Part shown: positions 1 to 11,475 of the stretch, one piece after another
Layout of the letters: each line of letters opens with the position of its first letter
How positions within the stretch are numbered: position 1 is the first letter of the stretch
Source: Eledone cirrhosa
Taxonomy: Eukaryota
Direction of reading: 5' to 3'
Length of the DNA stretch: 64,000 bases
Assembly (NCBI GenBank): GCA_964016885.1
Contig: OZ024742.1
Span: 297,662,001-297,726,000, forward strand
The notes under the pieces: generated by a model
Databases searched by the model: none
What the model saw: only the letters and a program-made list of their open reading frames with translations
Told to the model about the DNA's origin: nothing
Made by a program: the position numbers and the translations under genes

Positions 1-394
1 GTGCCAGTCCCAAAACACATTGAGTTATGCTGAATCTTCCTGAAATCTCAGCCATAAATTTCATTGAAACAAACAGAGCTCCATTGATTTTTTCCCTCTA
101 ATTCTTAACTATACCTATTCTTCATAGATCATGTTTCAAAATATAGAACTTCTAGAATGGAAACATGAAAGCTTCCTAGGAAGTGAAAGTCATCAAATAT
201 CTCAATGAACCAATTGACAACTATGGTTTATAAATCACACATTGCATTATTAGATAAAAGTAAAAGCAATGTTCTTACTTGTAAGATTACTCATTTATGT
301 GCTACAATGTCACAAAGAAATTATCATCTTGAAATATTATATCCACTTCAAAAATGTTGAAATGGCTATTCTTCATTTCAGCATAATTTATTGG

Positions 395-682
395 CTTATG
401 AACAGAATTTATTTGCTCATAAACAACATTATTGTTTTCATAAACAACATTATTGTTTTCATAAACAACATTGTTTGCTAATAAACCAATATGGTTTGCT
501 TATAAAACAGCATCATTTGCTCACAAACTACTTTATTTGCTAATAAAAGACATTATTTACTCACAAAACAGTACTATTTACCCTTAGAAAGCATTATTTT
601 CTTAAAGAAGAACATTATTTGCTGATAAAATAACATTGTTTGATCAGAAAACAGCATTATTTGTTCATAGAATAGCATTATG
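395..682. repeat. Degenerate ~20-21 bp minisatellite (consensus ~ATAAACAGCATTATTTGCTC)
   Basis: Repeated units such as ataaacaacattattgttttc (two exact adjacent copies, then a partial), decaying on both sides; explains the INNIIVF repeat of ORF 269..481. Confidence 0.8.
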
Positions 683-2260
683 TGTATGCTAAATTGACAA
701 GTCATTCGAAGAAATCCTAAAAGAAATATAAATTAAAAGGATTGGTATAAATTATACTCAGTATTTAAAATTTTTTTGCCGCATAATTAGAAAGAGAAAA
801 GCTGTATCCATGACCTTTAATTTCTTTTCAGGGTCTCAAAGGGTGAAGGAAGAAAAGGGTGAAGTTGCCCTCAGATCAGAGATTTGGCTCAAATGCTTAT
901 AGCAAAACGAATATTGCTTAAAGCACTCGAGGAACTAAGAAGAATTGACCATGATACTGGTACTTTGCCTTTCAAAAATTCGGCATCAATAAATAAAATT
1001 CACTTCAAGCACCTACAATATAATTGGCTGATCTATCAGATGTCAAGTGTGCTAGCTTATGAATAAACTGTCTAGCAGGCTGACTAATCAGAAATCTTGA
1101 TACATATGACCTATGCCTCATATGTTTACAGGAGGTATATCTATGTTTGCCTTAAGTATTCAAATTTCTGTTGATTTATATTGCTAAACATTGTCCTGAG
1201 CAAGCTGTCAGCTGATCAGTTAATCAGCTGAATATTAGATTCTGATGCAAAGAACAAAGAGTGTAATAATAACTATAACAATAATGATTTTGAAAATGAA
1301 AATAATTCTGATTCAAGTGATGATGACAAGAAGGGGAATTGGGGAGGGGATCACAGTACAGGATACTCCAATAAATGTACCAGGAACCCTGTATAGGAGC
1401 TACGACATGTTCAGGAGTTTGGTGATCAAAAGGTTAAGTGTGTGAAAGTATATTTAGTTTTACTGAATTTAAAAGTTGAAGTGTGTTCAGTTAAGAAGAA
1501 TAAATTTGCTTGAGTGAGTTGAAATTTACTGTCTGCACTGCATCATTGTTCAAACTGGTGATTCTTCTGTTTTCTCTTTTGTCTTTTTCTTTTTCCTTTC
1601 GATTTTTGTTTTGTTCTATTTTATTATCTCACTGTTCTTCACCTTTTACATTTTCCTTTTTCACTTCTTTACTCTGCTGTTGACATTTTTTAATTTCTTT
1701 ATGTGGAATGAAAGTTGTTGAAACATTAAAAAATGCCTTGCTACGCTTAATTGTTTTTCTATATCTTTTCCTATGGTCAATGTTATCTTACATCCCTCTT
1801 GGGTTTATAAAATAAAGTTCCAGTCAAGTACTTGAGAGAAATTAAATCAACTATACTACTGTTCCTTCAAATGTGTGGCCTTTTTGCTGCGTTAGAAATA
1901 ATGAATATAGTAGTAGATTGACAGAATCTTTAAAATGCAGATAGAATGATGTTGCAGTATTTGTTCTTATTTTTTACATTCTAAGTTTAAATCTTTCATC
2001 TTTCCAAAGCTGATAAAAAAAATTATCAGCCAAATACTGGGAAACCTAAAGGTGTTCTTTTTGTTTTGTCAATAAAATGGCCTACTCATTGGATTTACAC
2101 ACAAGAGGTTGAGCATTTCATAGGCATATTTACCTTTAACAATTCTTTAATATAATTTTGAGATTTTTAGGATTGGCCATTTGAATGACAAGTAAAGTCT
2201 ATGTAACAGCCTTCTGCTGTTTCCATCTATCCAAACAATTCTCATTTCTTTTCATCCTAG

Positions 2261-2318
2261 CGATCTCTGCTGCTCCACGTTCTTCACATACGTTTCAGAC
2301 ACTTGACAAGAAACTTTG
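2261..2318 (+). other. Candidate isolated spliced exon (58 nt), product unknown
   Basis: Polypyrimidine acceptor tcatttcttttcatcctag| and consensus donor |gtaagt; two frames open (e.g. ISAAPRSSHTFQTLDKKL). No recognisable homology. Confidence 0.3.
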
Positions 2319-2762
2319 GTAAGTGTTGCCACCGCCAATGTCAAGGTATGGCACAAATTATAATATACAAATTAGCAATTTTGGTTTCACAGGAGGTCTA
2401 TCATAATTCATCGTTGATCCTGTTTGCTTTTCTCACACCAATCAACACACTATATCCCACTATATACTAACATATAACCAACAACATTACACTAACATCA
2501 ATAACCCATATAGTATTTTAACTGCTAAAGATTATGAAAATTTACAATATCAGCCCTGGATTAGCCATTAAGCTAAATGTGCTCAGGAGCCTCACTTAAA
2601 GAGGGACACAGAATATTTTTTCCAGTACAATATATATATATATATATATAATGTGTGAATTTATTTTTTTTGTAAGTTAAACTCACAAAATCATGTGTAA
2701 CTGAATTAATTTCTTTTAAATTAATTTTTAATGATTTAAAAAATGTTTATTAGTAAAATGTT

Positions 2763-2991
2763 TTAACCCTTTAGTATTTAAACCGGCTGTATCCAGCTAG
2801 AATTCTCTCACCTCTTTCTGTTTAAACCAGCCATAACCAGCCAATCATACAGACGTTCAGGTATTGTTCTCAAAATAAATAAAATTAAAATCTCATAGAT
2901 TCGATATTGTGTGAGATAGTTATGTAAGATAAAGCCTTTACTGCAAAAATACAATAGTATATATAGAGTAATGTAAATGTTAAAGGGTTAA
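2763..2991. mobile_element. TTAA-flanked MITE (piggyBac-like non-autonomous element)
   Basis: TTAA-CCCTTTAGTATT ... AATGTTAAAGGG-TTAA inverted termini; a related copy lies in opposite orientation at ~42630-42840. Confidence 0.7.
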
Positions 2992-5239
2992 ATTATAAAA
3001 AAAAGGACATTAAAAAAAGAAGAAAAAAGGGGGGGGGTCACCACCAGGTGCGATAATCAGCTGCACATCACATCATAAAGGTTATGGAATTTGCTCTATA
3101 TACAGTATATGGCGGTCATGTAATCTTTTCAGTGCTTAGAACATTTAAAAGTCATAATCTGGTCTTGCTTGCTATTGTATTTTCTTAGAGTGCAGGATTT
3201 TATGAATCAATAAAATAGATACCTGCCTAATTACTGTGGATATACCTTTCCAAAAATGTGTAACCTTGTGTCTATATTAGAAATCCTTACCATTCTTCTT
3301 CATGGCTTTGTTATTTGTTTTGTATTTAATCTATACTCTTTCTATGTTCAACTCTTCTCTATTCAACCTTCATTCCTATTTATCTTCTTCTTTTTCTCTA
3401 TTTCTTCCTCCTCATTTTCAATATAATTAATCTAATTATACCCTTTATTTCTGATATTTTTCTGCTTGCCACGTACAGAAATAATTGATGTATTATACTT
3501 TTTTTTTTCTATTTTGACTAAGTTTTGGTTTGTTTAAGCTTTCTCATTTATTTAGTTTAAATGATTGTTGCATTAAACTGTTGTAGACATGACGAGGAGG
3601 AAAATGATATGATTAATTGAAGCCTAAGCATTGTTTTTTCTCAATAATCATTAGATCAGCAGGTTTGTTTTCTCAAAACAATATAGATTTCTCTTCCAGC
3701 CCACTCAAGCCAATAAAAATAATTCTCCTTGGTAAATATTCTTCCAACTACACAGGAATCATTAATGCCACCCGGCAATAAATCCCCCCCCCCCCAATTC
3801 TCTCTTTTTGTATTGTTGTTAATCAACACAGCAAGTTTGGTGCAATTCAACAAAGAAATACTACCATAATGAACAATCATGCTTAGGGAAAGAAACTAAG
3901 CTAATTAAACTGATTAGCAAAGATAGTTAAAAAGAGTCAAATGAATTATTATCAACATTATAAAAGAATACCATATTAGATTGCAAGATTGCTGTTTATT
4001 TTCCATGATTTTTTCTCTATTCTCATATATGTTAGGACCAGTGGTTCATAATCTTTGTTTCCTCAGCACCTCCTCCCAGATATTTTCATGGGTGTTAAAA
4101 TTCACTCATAACAGGCTGCAGATGTTAGATGAATCATGCAATGAAGTATTCATTTTAATATATAAAAGCTCATTTATCTTCCCTCATAAAAAAAATGTTT
4201 TGAGATTTTTTTTTACTTTTAGATGCCGAAGTTAAAAATCTTTAAGATAATAAAATTACACCAAAAAATTGTTTTACTTTTTGTCCGTCAGTAATTTAGA
4301 TAGAAGGGACATAACTCGTTTAAACAAAAAAAATATTGCAAATAATCACTTTATTTTATTACCATTCTTTGCATCTTAATATTTAGTTGCTTTCTATACC
4401 AGTCTGGATTAGTTACGAAAAAAAGTTATGGAAAAAAGTAACTGAAATATCAAGATGAAATATATTTATTGAATCCTTCGATATTTTTCTTAGCATAAAT
4501 TCGGATAGAGAAATATAAATTTTGTGTTTATTTTTTTTTCTTAAATTACAACTTCCATGTATAAAAACATTACTTTTAATGCCATATAACATTTGGGATG
4601 TAAAATTTTGAATGAAGAATTAGTTTCTAAATGTGAAGACGATGCAAATATATTATGAAGTAAGAATGATTGTGATGTAAAGTATCAAAGAATTAATGTT
4701 TTATGGAATTATTTACAATCTTTGCCACTAATATGTTGTCCAATATGTCACAAGTAGTGGATTGATATACTAGTGGGAGGGTCAGTAGGGTGGGGAGAAG
4801 TGTAATCTTTTCGTTGCTTTTTTGTTTTTTTTGATAAAAATTAAGATTATGAACCAAGGAAAAATTAAGATGAGATGTCTTTATTAAAAGCTCTGCATTT
4901 TTTTTTCTGGTCGAGGTGTCTTAACTGCTTTGTTACTAACCCATCTGAGACATTCCCTGGTTCTATGATACAAAACTATGTGTTATAAAGTGTTTATATT
5001 TATCTAAAAACCTTGCATCATAATTCTATGTAAGAACATTTGTTGAGTTATGTTCCAAAGACCAGCTTATTTTTACTAAACACAATGTACTTTCAAAAAG
5101 AAAAAAAGTGAAAGAAGACATGCACACTCAATCATGCGACACCACAAGGAGTCTTGGAATTACCCCCCCCCCCCCCACACACACACACACAATAATCTTT
5201 TAGGTATGCCAGCACATAACATTGCTGTGGTTGGGTGCT

Positions 5240-7470
5240 AGCAAGGCTAAGCTAACTCTGGACTCAAACTGGTCCCAAGTAGTTACCTCCCCAACAAGAG
5301 GTGACAACACTTTGGATCTACTCTTCACCACTACTACTGAAACGGTTATTAGTGTTACTACTGGGGAACCTTTAGGTGACTCTGATCATGCTATGATCAT
5401 TGCCAATCTGTCCCTCATGGGCAGTAACAAACACCACAACCATCTCCAACCATCTGGAATAAAGCAGACTGGAACTGTTACTGCACTGAGCTGCAACATA
5501 CAAACTGGCTTGAGTTTTACAACTCTGGAGATGACAACACTGTACTCCAGAACATGCTGAACTCAATATGGACAACATGTGCAGCATTGGTGCCACGTAA
5601 GCAGAAAAAACATCCCAAAAGTGCAATTTGGGAGACTGTAGCAGTCCGTCTTACCAGGAAAGAACGTTGTAATGCTGAATGTGAGTACAAACAGCATAAA
5701 TCAGACATCAATAGGAAAAAGCAAAATAAATCATCCAACCATCTCAAGCAGGTGATAAAAAAGGCAGTGTTTGAATTTGAGCAGCGCATAGCAACCAACC
5801 CTGACAGTAAGGTGTTCTGGAAGTATGTTCACTCAAAGCAGAGGCCTCACTCTCCAGTTGGTCCTCTTTGCAATCCCCACACAAGCCAGGTTACTGACGA
5901 CCTCAAGGAAAGCACAGAACTCATTGCTGAATGCTATGCAGTCATTTTCACTGTTCTTCCAATTCTGTCTGAACAACAGTGGAAAACTGCCAGTGTCATT
6001 CCTCTGTTCGAAAAGGGTGACTGCACATCACCTGTGAACCAGTCAGTCAGTCTTACTAGCTGCATTGCCAAACTGATGGAATTCTGTGTCAGAGAAACAC
6101 TTTGGAACTTCTGGAACTCTCACAGTCTTATCCAGCCCTCACAATTTGGATTTATCCCCAACTCCAGCTGCTGTGATCAACTTATCGAGTTTCTTGAAGA
6201 CATCACCTGGATTACTGATGGCAGCTCATGGGTGGATGTTGTTTACCTTGACTTTGCTAAAGCTTTCAATTCTGTGCCACACAAAAGACTTATGGCAAAA
6301 CTCTCTGCAATGGGTGTGAAGGATGATCTTTTTAACTGGTGAAAGTTCTTCATTCTCAGTCAAAGAGAGGTAGTCATGGTTCTGGGACAGCATTCCTCAC
6401 CATATGAGATGTTATCTGGTGTACCACAGGGATCTGTTCTTGGCCCCCTTTTGTTTGTGGCATATATTAATAACATAGATGCCAACTTAAAGAATGCCAC
6501 AGTACTGAAATATGCAGATGATATCAAGCTGTACCTTGAGATAAAAAGGACAGATCCTGAACACTATAGATCTTGCCTTCAATCTGAGCTGGACACAATG
6601 CAGCAATGGATCACAGACTGGCAACTCAAGCTGGCTGTGGACAAGTGTACCACCATACATTTTGGGAGTAAAAACTCAGCATCCACATACTCTTTCCATA
6701 ACACTAATATCAAGAAGTCTTCTTGTGAACACGTGACCTGGGCATTACTGCCAGCAGCATTACTGTCAGCAGCACGTCCCTAAAATTGTCAAGAAAGCCG
6801 AAGGTGTCTTAGCATCACTCAGCAAAACCTTTGTCAGTCACTCTCCAACTATCTATTTAAAGCTGTATATTGCTATGGTGTGGCCACACTTAGAATTTGC
6901 ATCACCAGTCTGGGACCCCGATCTTGCTCAGAACATTGACCGCCTGGAAACTGTTCAGAGACATGCAACCAAGCGAATACTCTCAATCAGGCATCTACCA
7001 TACTCTGAATGACTTGCTTCCCTGGGCATGGATACATTGAAGCTCCGACGTCTAACAACTGACTTGGCAAACATCCACAAAATTATTAACCATCTTGCCA
7101 ACAACAACCCTGAGTACCTTTTTGATTTCCATGTGTTTAACACACGTGGACATGCCAACAAAGTCAGAAAACAGCACAGCTCCCATGACTTTCAGAAACT
7201 TTTTTTCACGCTCAGAGTTGCTGAAGCATGGAACAAACTACCTGCATCAGCTATTAGCTGTCGAGACACTGCATCCTTTAAAACCTCCATACTTCTTGAG
7301 ATTCACCAACACTACGCCTAATATTCCCCCTCCATACACACGCACACATGTATCATAAACTATTCACTTCCCTGACATTTGTATATTATTCTATGCAATA
7401 TACATGCATCTTTGATGAGTTGTAATGCACCTGAGCACTGTACACAATAATTTCATTATTATTATTATTT
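5240..7470 (+). mobile_element. Decayed 5'-truncated CR1/L2-type non-LTR retrotransposon (APE end + RT)
   Basis: Frameshifted ORFs 5222..5560 (PTRGDNTLDLLFT, LGDSDH = APE C-terminus), 5554..6342 (SQFGF, YLDFAKAFNSVPH), 6376..6783 (SGVPQGSVLGPLLF, YADD), 7028..7321 (FFTLRVAEAWNKLP); ends in an (ATT)n tail at ~7455-7470. Confidence 0.92.
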
Positions 7471-7720
7471 AATAATCAGAATAAACTGGAAGACTTCCTT
7501 AAACATTTGCAAAATATTAAACAAAAAAATAATTTTTAATATTTCACAAAATTATATTTAAATAATCAATGAATGCTTTTATGGGTGTAGGGTTCATATT
7601 AGTATGCCAAAATAGATTTGAAATGAAGGGACTGGAAACCAAGATAAAATGACTCAAAAATTACAATGACTTCAACAAATAAAGCATAAATGAAAAATAT
7701 TTCATTATTTACTCAAGGCT

Positions 7721-7892
7721 GTGAATTGGCAGTGTTGGTAGAGTAATGGACACCATGCTTCGTTGCATAGAGTTACGACGTCCTTTTACGTTCTGGTTTA
7801 AAATCCTGCCGAGTAATGCTCTGGAGTTAATTATATTGACCTTTTCCTTCCCCACAATTGTTGGTCTTGTGCCTAAATCAGAAACCATTATT
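7721..7892 (+). mobile_element. Degenerate tRNA-derived SINE (family A)
   Basis: A-box-like TGGCAGTGTTGG, B-box-like GGTTTAAAATCC, 3' end gtgcctaaatcagaaaccattatt shared with the better copies at 32.5-44.3 kb. Confidence 0.65.
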
Positions 7893-8389
7893 TATTCATG
7901 TTTTCCACCCATTGGTAACTATTCTTGTTCCTGGAAGGCAATGTTGGTTTATATCAAATTGCATGGTTCTTACAACTATTGTTTGTTCTTATTTCTTGAA
8001 TTTATGCATTCTAGATGTTTATTATTATTTTGGGGCAATTGTTTCACTAAGTTGCATTTCACTGACATAAAACAAAAGATTGCATTTTAGTAAAAAAGTA
8101 ATAAGTAAATACATTTATATTAAATATTAATTTGTATCATTATCCATACATAAATTTGTTTACAGGAACTATACTAGTAATTTTATAATTTGTATTTACA
8201 AATCAGAAATTAGAAAAATAGACTGATGGTACAATTCAATTAGTTCAGAGAAAAAAAGAAAAAAACAATTAATGGGTACTATGAGCTTGATGGGAATTTG
8301 ATAATTTATCAGATTCAATATTTGAAAAACAGTGCTGATGCCATGATAAAATGCACTCAGTATTCCCTGTAAATATTTGTGTGGTGCTA

Positions 8390-8625
8390 TGATAAAATAC
8401 ACCCATTCTACAATAAATTGATAGAGCTGGTGTCAGAAACAATGCACCCGGTACACTATGGAAGGTAGTTGGCATTTGGAAAGGTTCCAGCCTTAGAAAA
8501 CATTCCAAATATGAGACATAATGAGAAATATGGATTGTTCTAATCTGTCCAGAGTCAGAACATGACAATCCATCCAACTCATACCAACATGGAAAGTTGG
8601 CATAAAATGATGATGATGATGATGA
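8390..8625 (+). mobile_element. RTE-derived 3' end fragment with (GAT)n tail
   Basis: aatgcacccggtacact...ccaactcataccaacatggaaag...aaaatgatgatgatg resembles the RTE 3' UTR at 16700-16888. Similar old tails occur at ~15250-15315, 17300-17530, 46290-46495, 46560-46890, 57790-58230 (+) and 38415-38600, 54145-54365, 55430-55600 (-). Confidence 0.65.
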
Positions 8626-10229
8626 GAATCTTAGGTCTCCCTTTTTACTGATTTGAAAGTAGTAAAACAGTATAAATCAACTTTCTTCTTTTCTGTTGCA
8701 AACTTTTCTATCCCAAGTGACTCCAAAAAGTTAATGAGTCATGTTTGAGCTAGTCACTTACAATTCATCTTTAGTTTGTCAATCTTTTCTTTCTCTTTAA
8801 GAAAGACACTTATTTCAGATTAATAACAGAGACATACTTCAAAAGTTAAAAAAACATCAATGCAATCCCAAAGGATTTTGTTGCTGGAATCTTAAATCTT
8901 AACTTCAAACTTCTAATTCTTCTGATTTTATCATCTAAACGTTTAAATGAGCTTGAAATTTGATTCAGTAGTAGAATTTTTCATGAAAAATTTAAAGTCT
9001 GGGATTTGATAAAATCAGATAACTTCTTTTGGATGCCTCCATAACATTAGACATTTAAATTATATGTAGAAAACCCAGTCTTTTATGAAATATTTATTCT
9101 CTTGCAAGCTAGCCAGTTCATCAAATGGAAAACGGAGAAACTCCATCATATTAACAGGCAGTGAGGCAAAGCAAAAATAGAAGATATGAAAAATTGATAT
9201 ATTTTCAATTCTTCAAACAACCCATCAACATTCTAAAACACTTTTTGTGAATTATATGCCTCCAAGAAAAAGAAAGAAAGGAACATGGAGAGAGAGGAAT
9301 GGTAATGACCAAATCAAGCAGCTAAGTTTGTTGGTTCATCAATATATGGGAAGTATGGTATGTCTCTGTTAAGAAGAAAAAGGGAACATGGAGAGAGAGT
9401 AGCAGCAGTTTACCAAGGTCAAAGAGAATGTTTGTTTCTTTGTATTTAACAGGGACACATACTTTACATGTTATTCCTCTCTTTTCCTGTTACTTTCTTT
9501 CTCTTTTACACATACTTCACAACATTTGTTGAACCAAACATGATCCTAGGGATTACTTTTGTTGAATACCTTTTATCCTTTGATCTACCTTTCTCCATAC
9601 TCCTTGACCTTGCTGCCAATACTTGTAGCATATTTCTCTTTTTAGATTATATTGTCAACCATACTATGAACAAGAAAATTGATGTAAGCCAATATCTTAT
9701 ATTATGTAACTAAATTGTATTATTTGCAATTAGGTAGGTTGTGCTCATGTTGGCAACAGGCAATTTTAGAGTGATTGGACAGAGCCAATGCAACTGAGCT
9801 CTGTACACAACAGTTAGAATGAGGACAACAGACATTCTAAGAATAAATGGTCAGAGCCAATGCCATTGGGCCAACAGCAGATAGAACAAGAGCAGCAGGT
9901 GTTCCAAAAACAAATTGTCAAGGCCAATGTAATTGAGCATGATTGGCAGCAGATAGCTGATAGGGAATGGCCATACCCAATATGATTGACGACTGCAACC
10001 AGCAGATAGCAACAAATAATTAATAGGGTGGGATTCGAGCCAATACTATCAGATGCTGTGACCAGCAGGGCACAATCTTTCTTGCTTCTTTGAGCTAATT
10101 ATTGCTTCTTCAAACTCACATAAAATGGAGTTAAAATAATAATTCTTCTTCAACTGATGTTTGAAATAAATTAACAAAAGACTCTTACATAAAATTATAA
10201 TGGAAGGTTTTTAGATAAATATAAATAAT

Positions 10230-10732
10230 TTAATCCTTTCATTTCCTAATTTCTAATGAAAGATACTAACTATAAATACAAATTATGGTGGGATTTAGTC
10301 ATATAACTTTTTCCCACTGATGCAAAGGTGTTGCTGCCTTTTCTGTAGGCATGCTTTCACTAACTTGTCCATGAGATACAGATATGATCTGCAGACTTTG
10401 CCTCCATTCCCACCTTCTTTTTCTTTAAACTCCTCCTTTTTTCTTTTTCACATTTTCTTTCTTTTTGCTTATTATTTACATTTGTAGACACTCGAACTAT
10501 TAATAAATATATAACAAAATTTACATTTCAAATATTAAACCTATGATTCAAATATGTTCTATTTGTTTATCTGGTGTGCTTGAAGCATAATTTAATAAAA
10601 TGGTTTTTACATAAAATTAAGATGGAAATATTTTTTTAGATAAATATAAATAAATATAAACACTTTAAAACTAAAGGTTTTCTGTCATAGGAGTTGGAAC
10701 ACTTTCAGGCAGTTTGGTATCAAAAAGGTTAA
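10230..10732. mobile_element. Degenerate TTAA-flanked MITE with internal insertion
   Basis: Left ttaatcctttcatttcc, right ggtatcaaaaaggttaa; both ends resemble the 44424-44658 element. Confidence 0.45.
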
Positions 10733-11475
10733 TCTATTTGACATTTGCTAATGTCAAGACGTATGTTGTAACTTACAGCTTAATCTGGTATCTTTTGTTT
10801 TAAAGTTAGTTATTTGCTATTTGTATTATTTATACAAATACCTTTTTGTTGGTTCTTCTTAAAATGTTACAAAAAGTTTTAAATTAGTAGCAGTAATGCT
10901 AGGAATGGAAGAGAAGTGATGATGTTAATAATGAAGTTGATAAGACAAATATTTTGGGGCTTCTGGCTTCAGGCCTCACAAATTCATAATGTAAAATTTT
11001 GAAAAGAAACGTTAAATGTAAGAATATATATTCTCTGCTTATATCTTGTATACAGTAATATGAACCATATTACTATATGTTGTTTTTCTTCAAACTATCA
11101 TTAATATCAACATGCTGAGTAATTTTAGCAATTATGTAAACAACATTCTTACAATGTTTCTTTTGCCTTCAGCTGTTTTACCACTAAGTTTCAAATATGA
11201 CTAGCTCCAGAATCATCTGAAGTCATAATGTGCAACTGTTTCTGATAATAAAATGTTCAATATTGATACACCCTGTTCTAAAAGCATCTTCTGTCAGACA
11301 TTTTGTGGTGGTAGATACTTTCTTTTTCATAAACTGTCTAGGCCCAGGTATGATTAAGTGGTTAAGAAGCTAGCTTCACAATCACATGGTTTAAGGTTCA
11401 ATTCAAATGTGTGACACCTTGAGCAAGTATTCCCTTTGGTTTGTGAATGAATCGATGGAAACTGTACAGAATCTC

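Noticed and set aside
831-1435. Collagen-like or acidic-protein exon(s)
   Set aside because: The Gly-X-Y pattern is not sustained, and the Asn/Asp-rich frame at ~1240-1400 is low-complexity and hits a stop; not supportable as a CDS.
7400-7470. CR1/L2-type LINE as the partner of family A SINEs
   Set aside because: Both end in ATT-like tails, but the preceding 3' sequences (gcacctgagcactgtacacaataat versus gtgcctaaagtagaaacaatt) show no alignable similarity.
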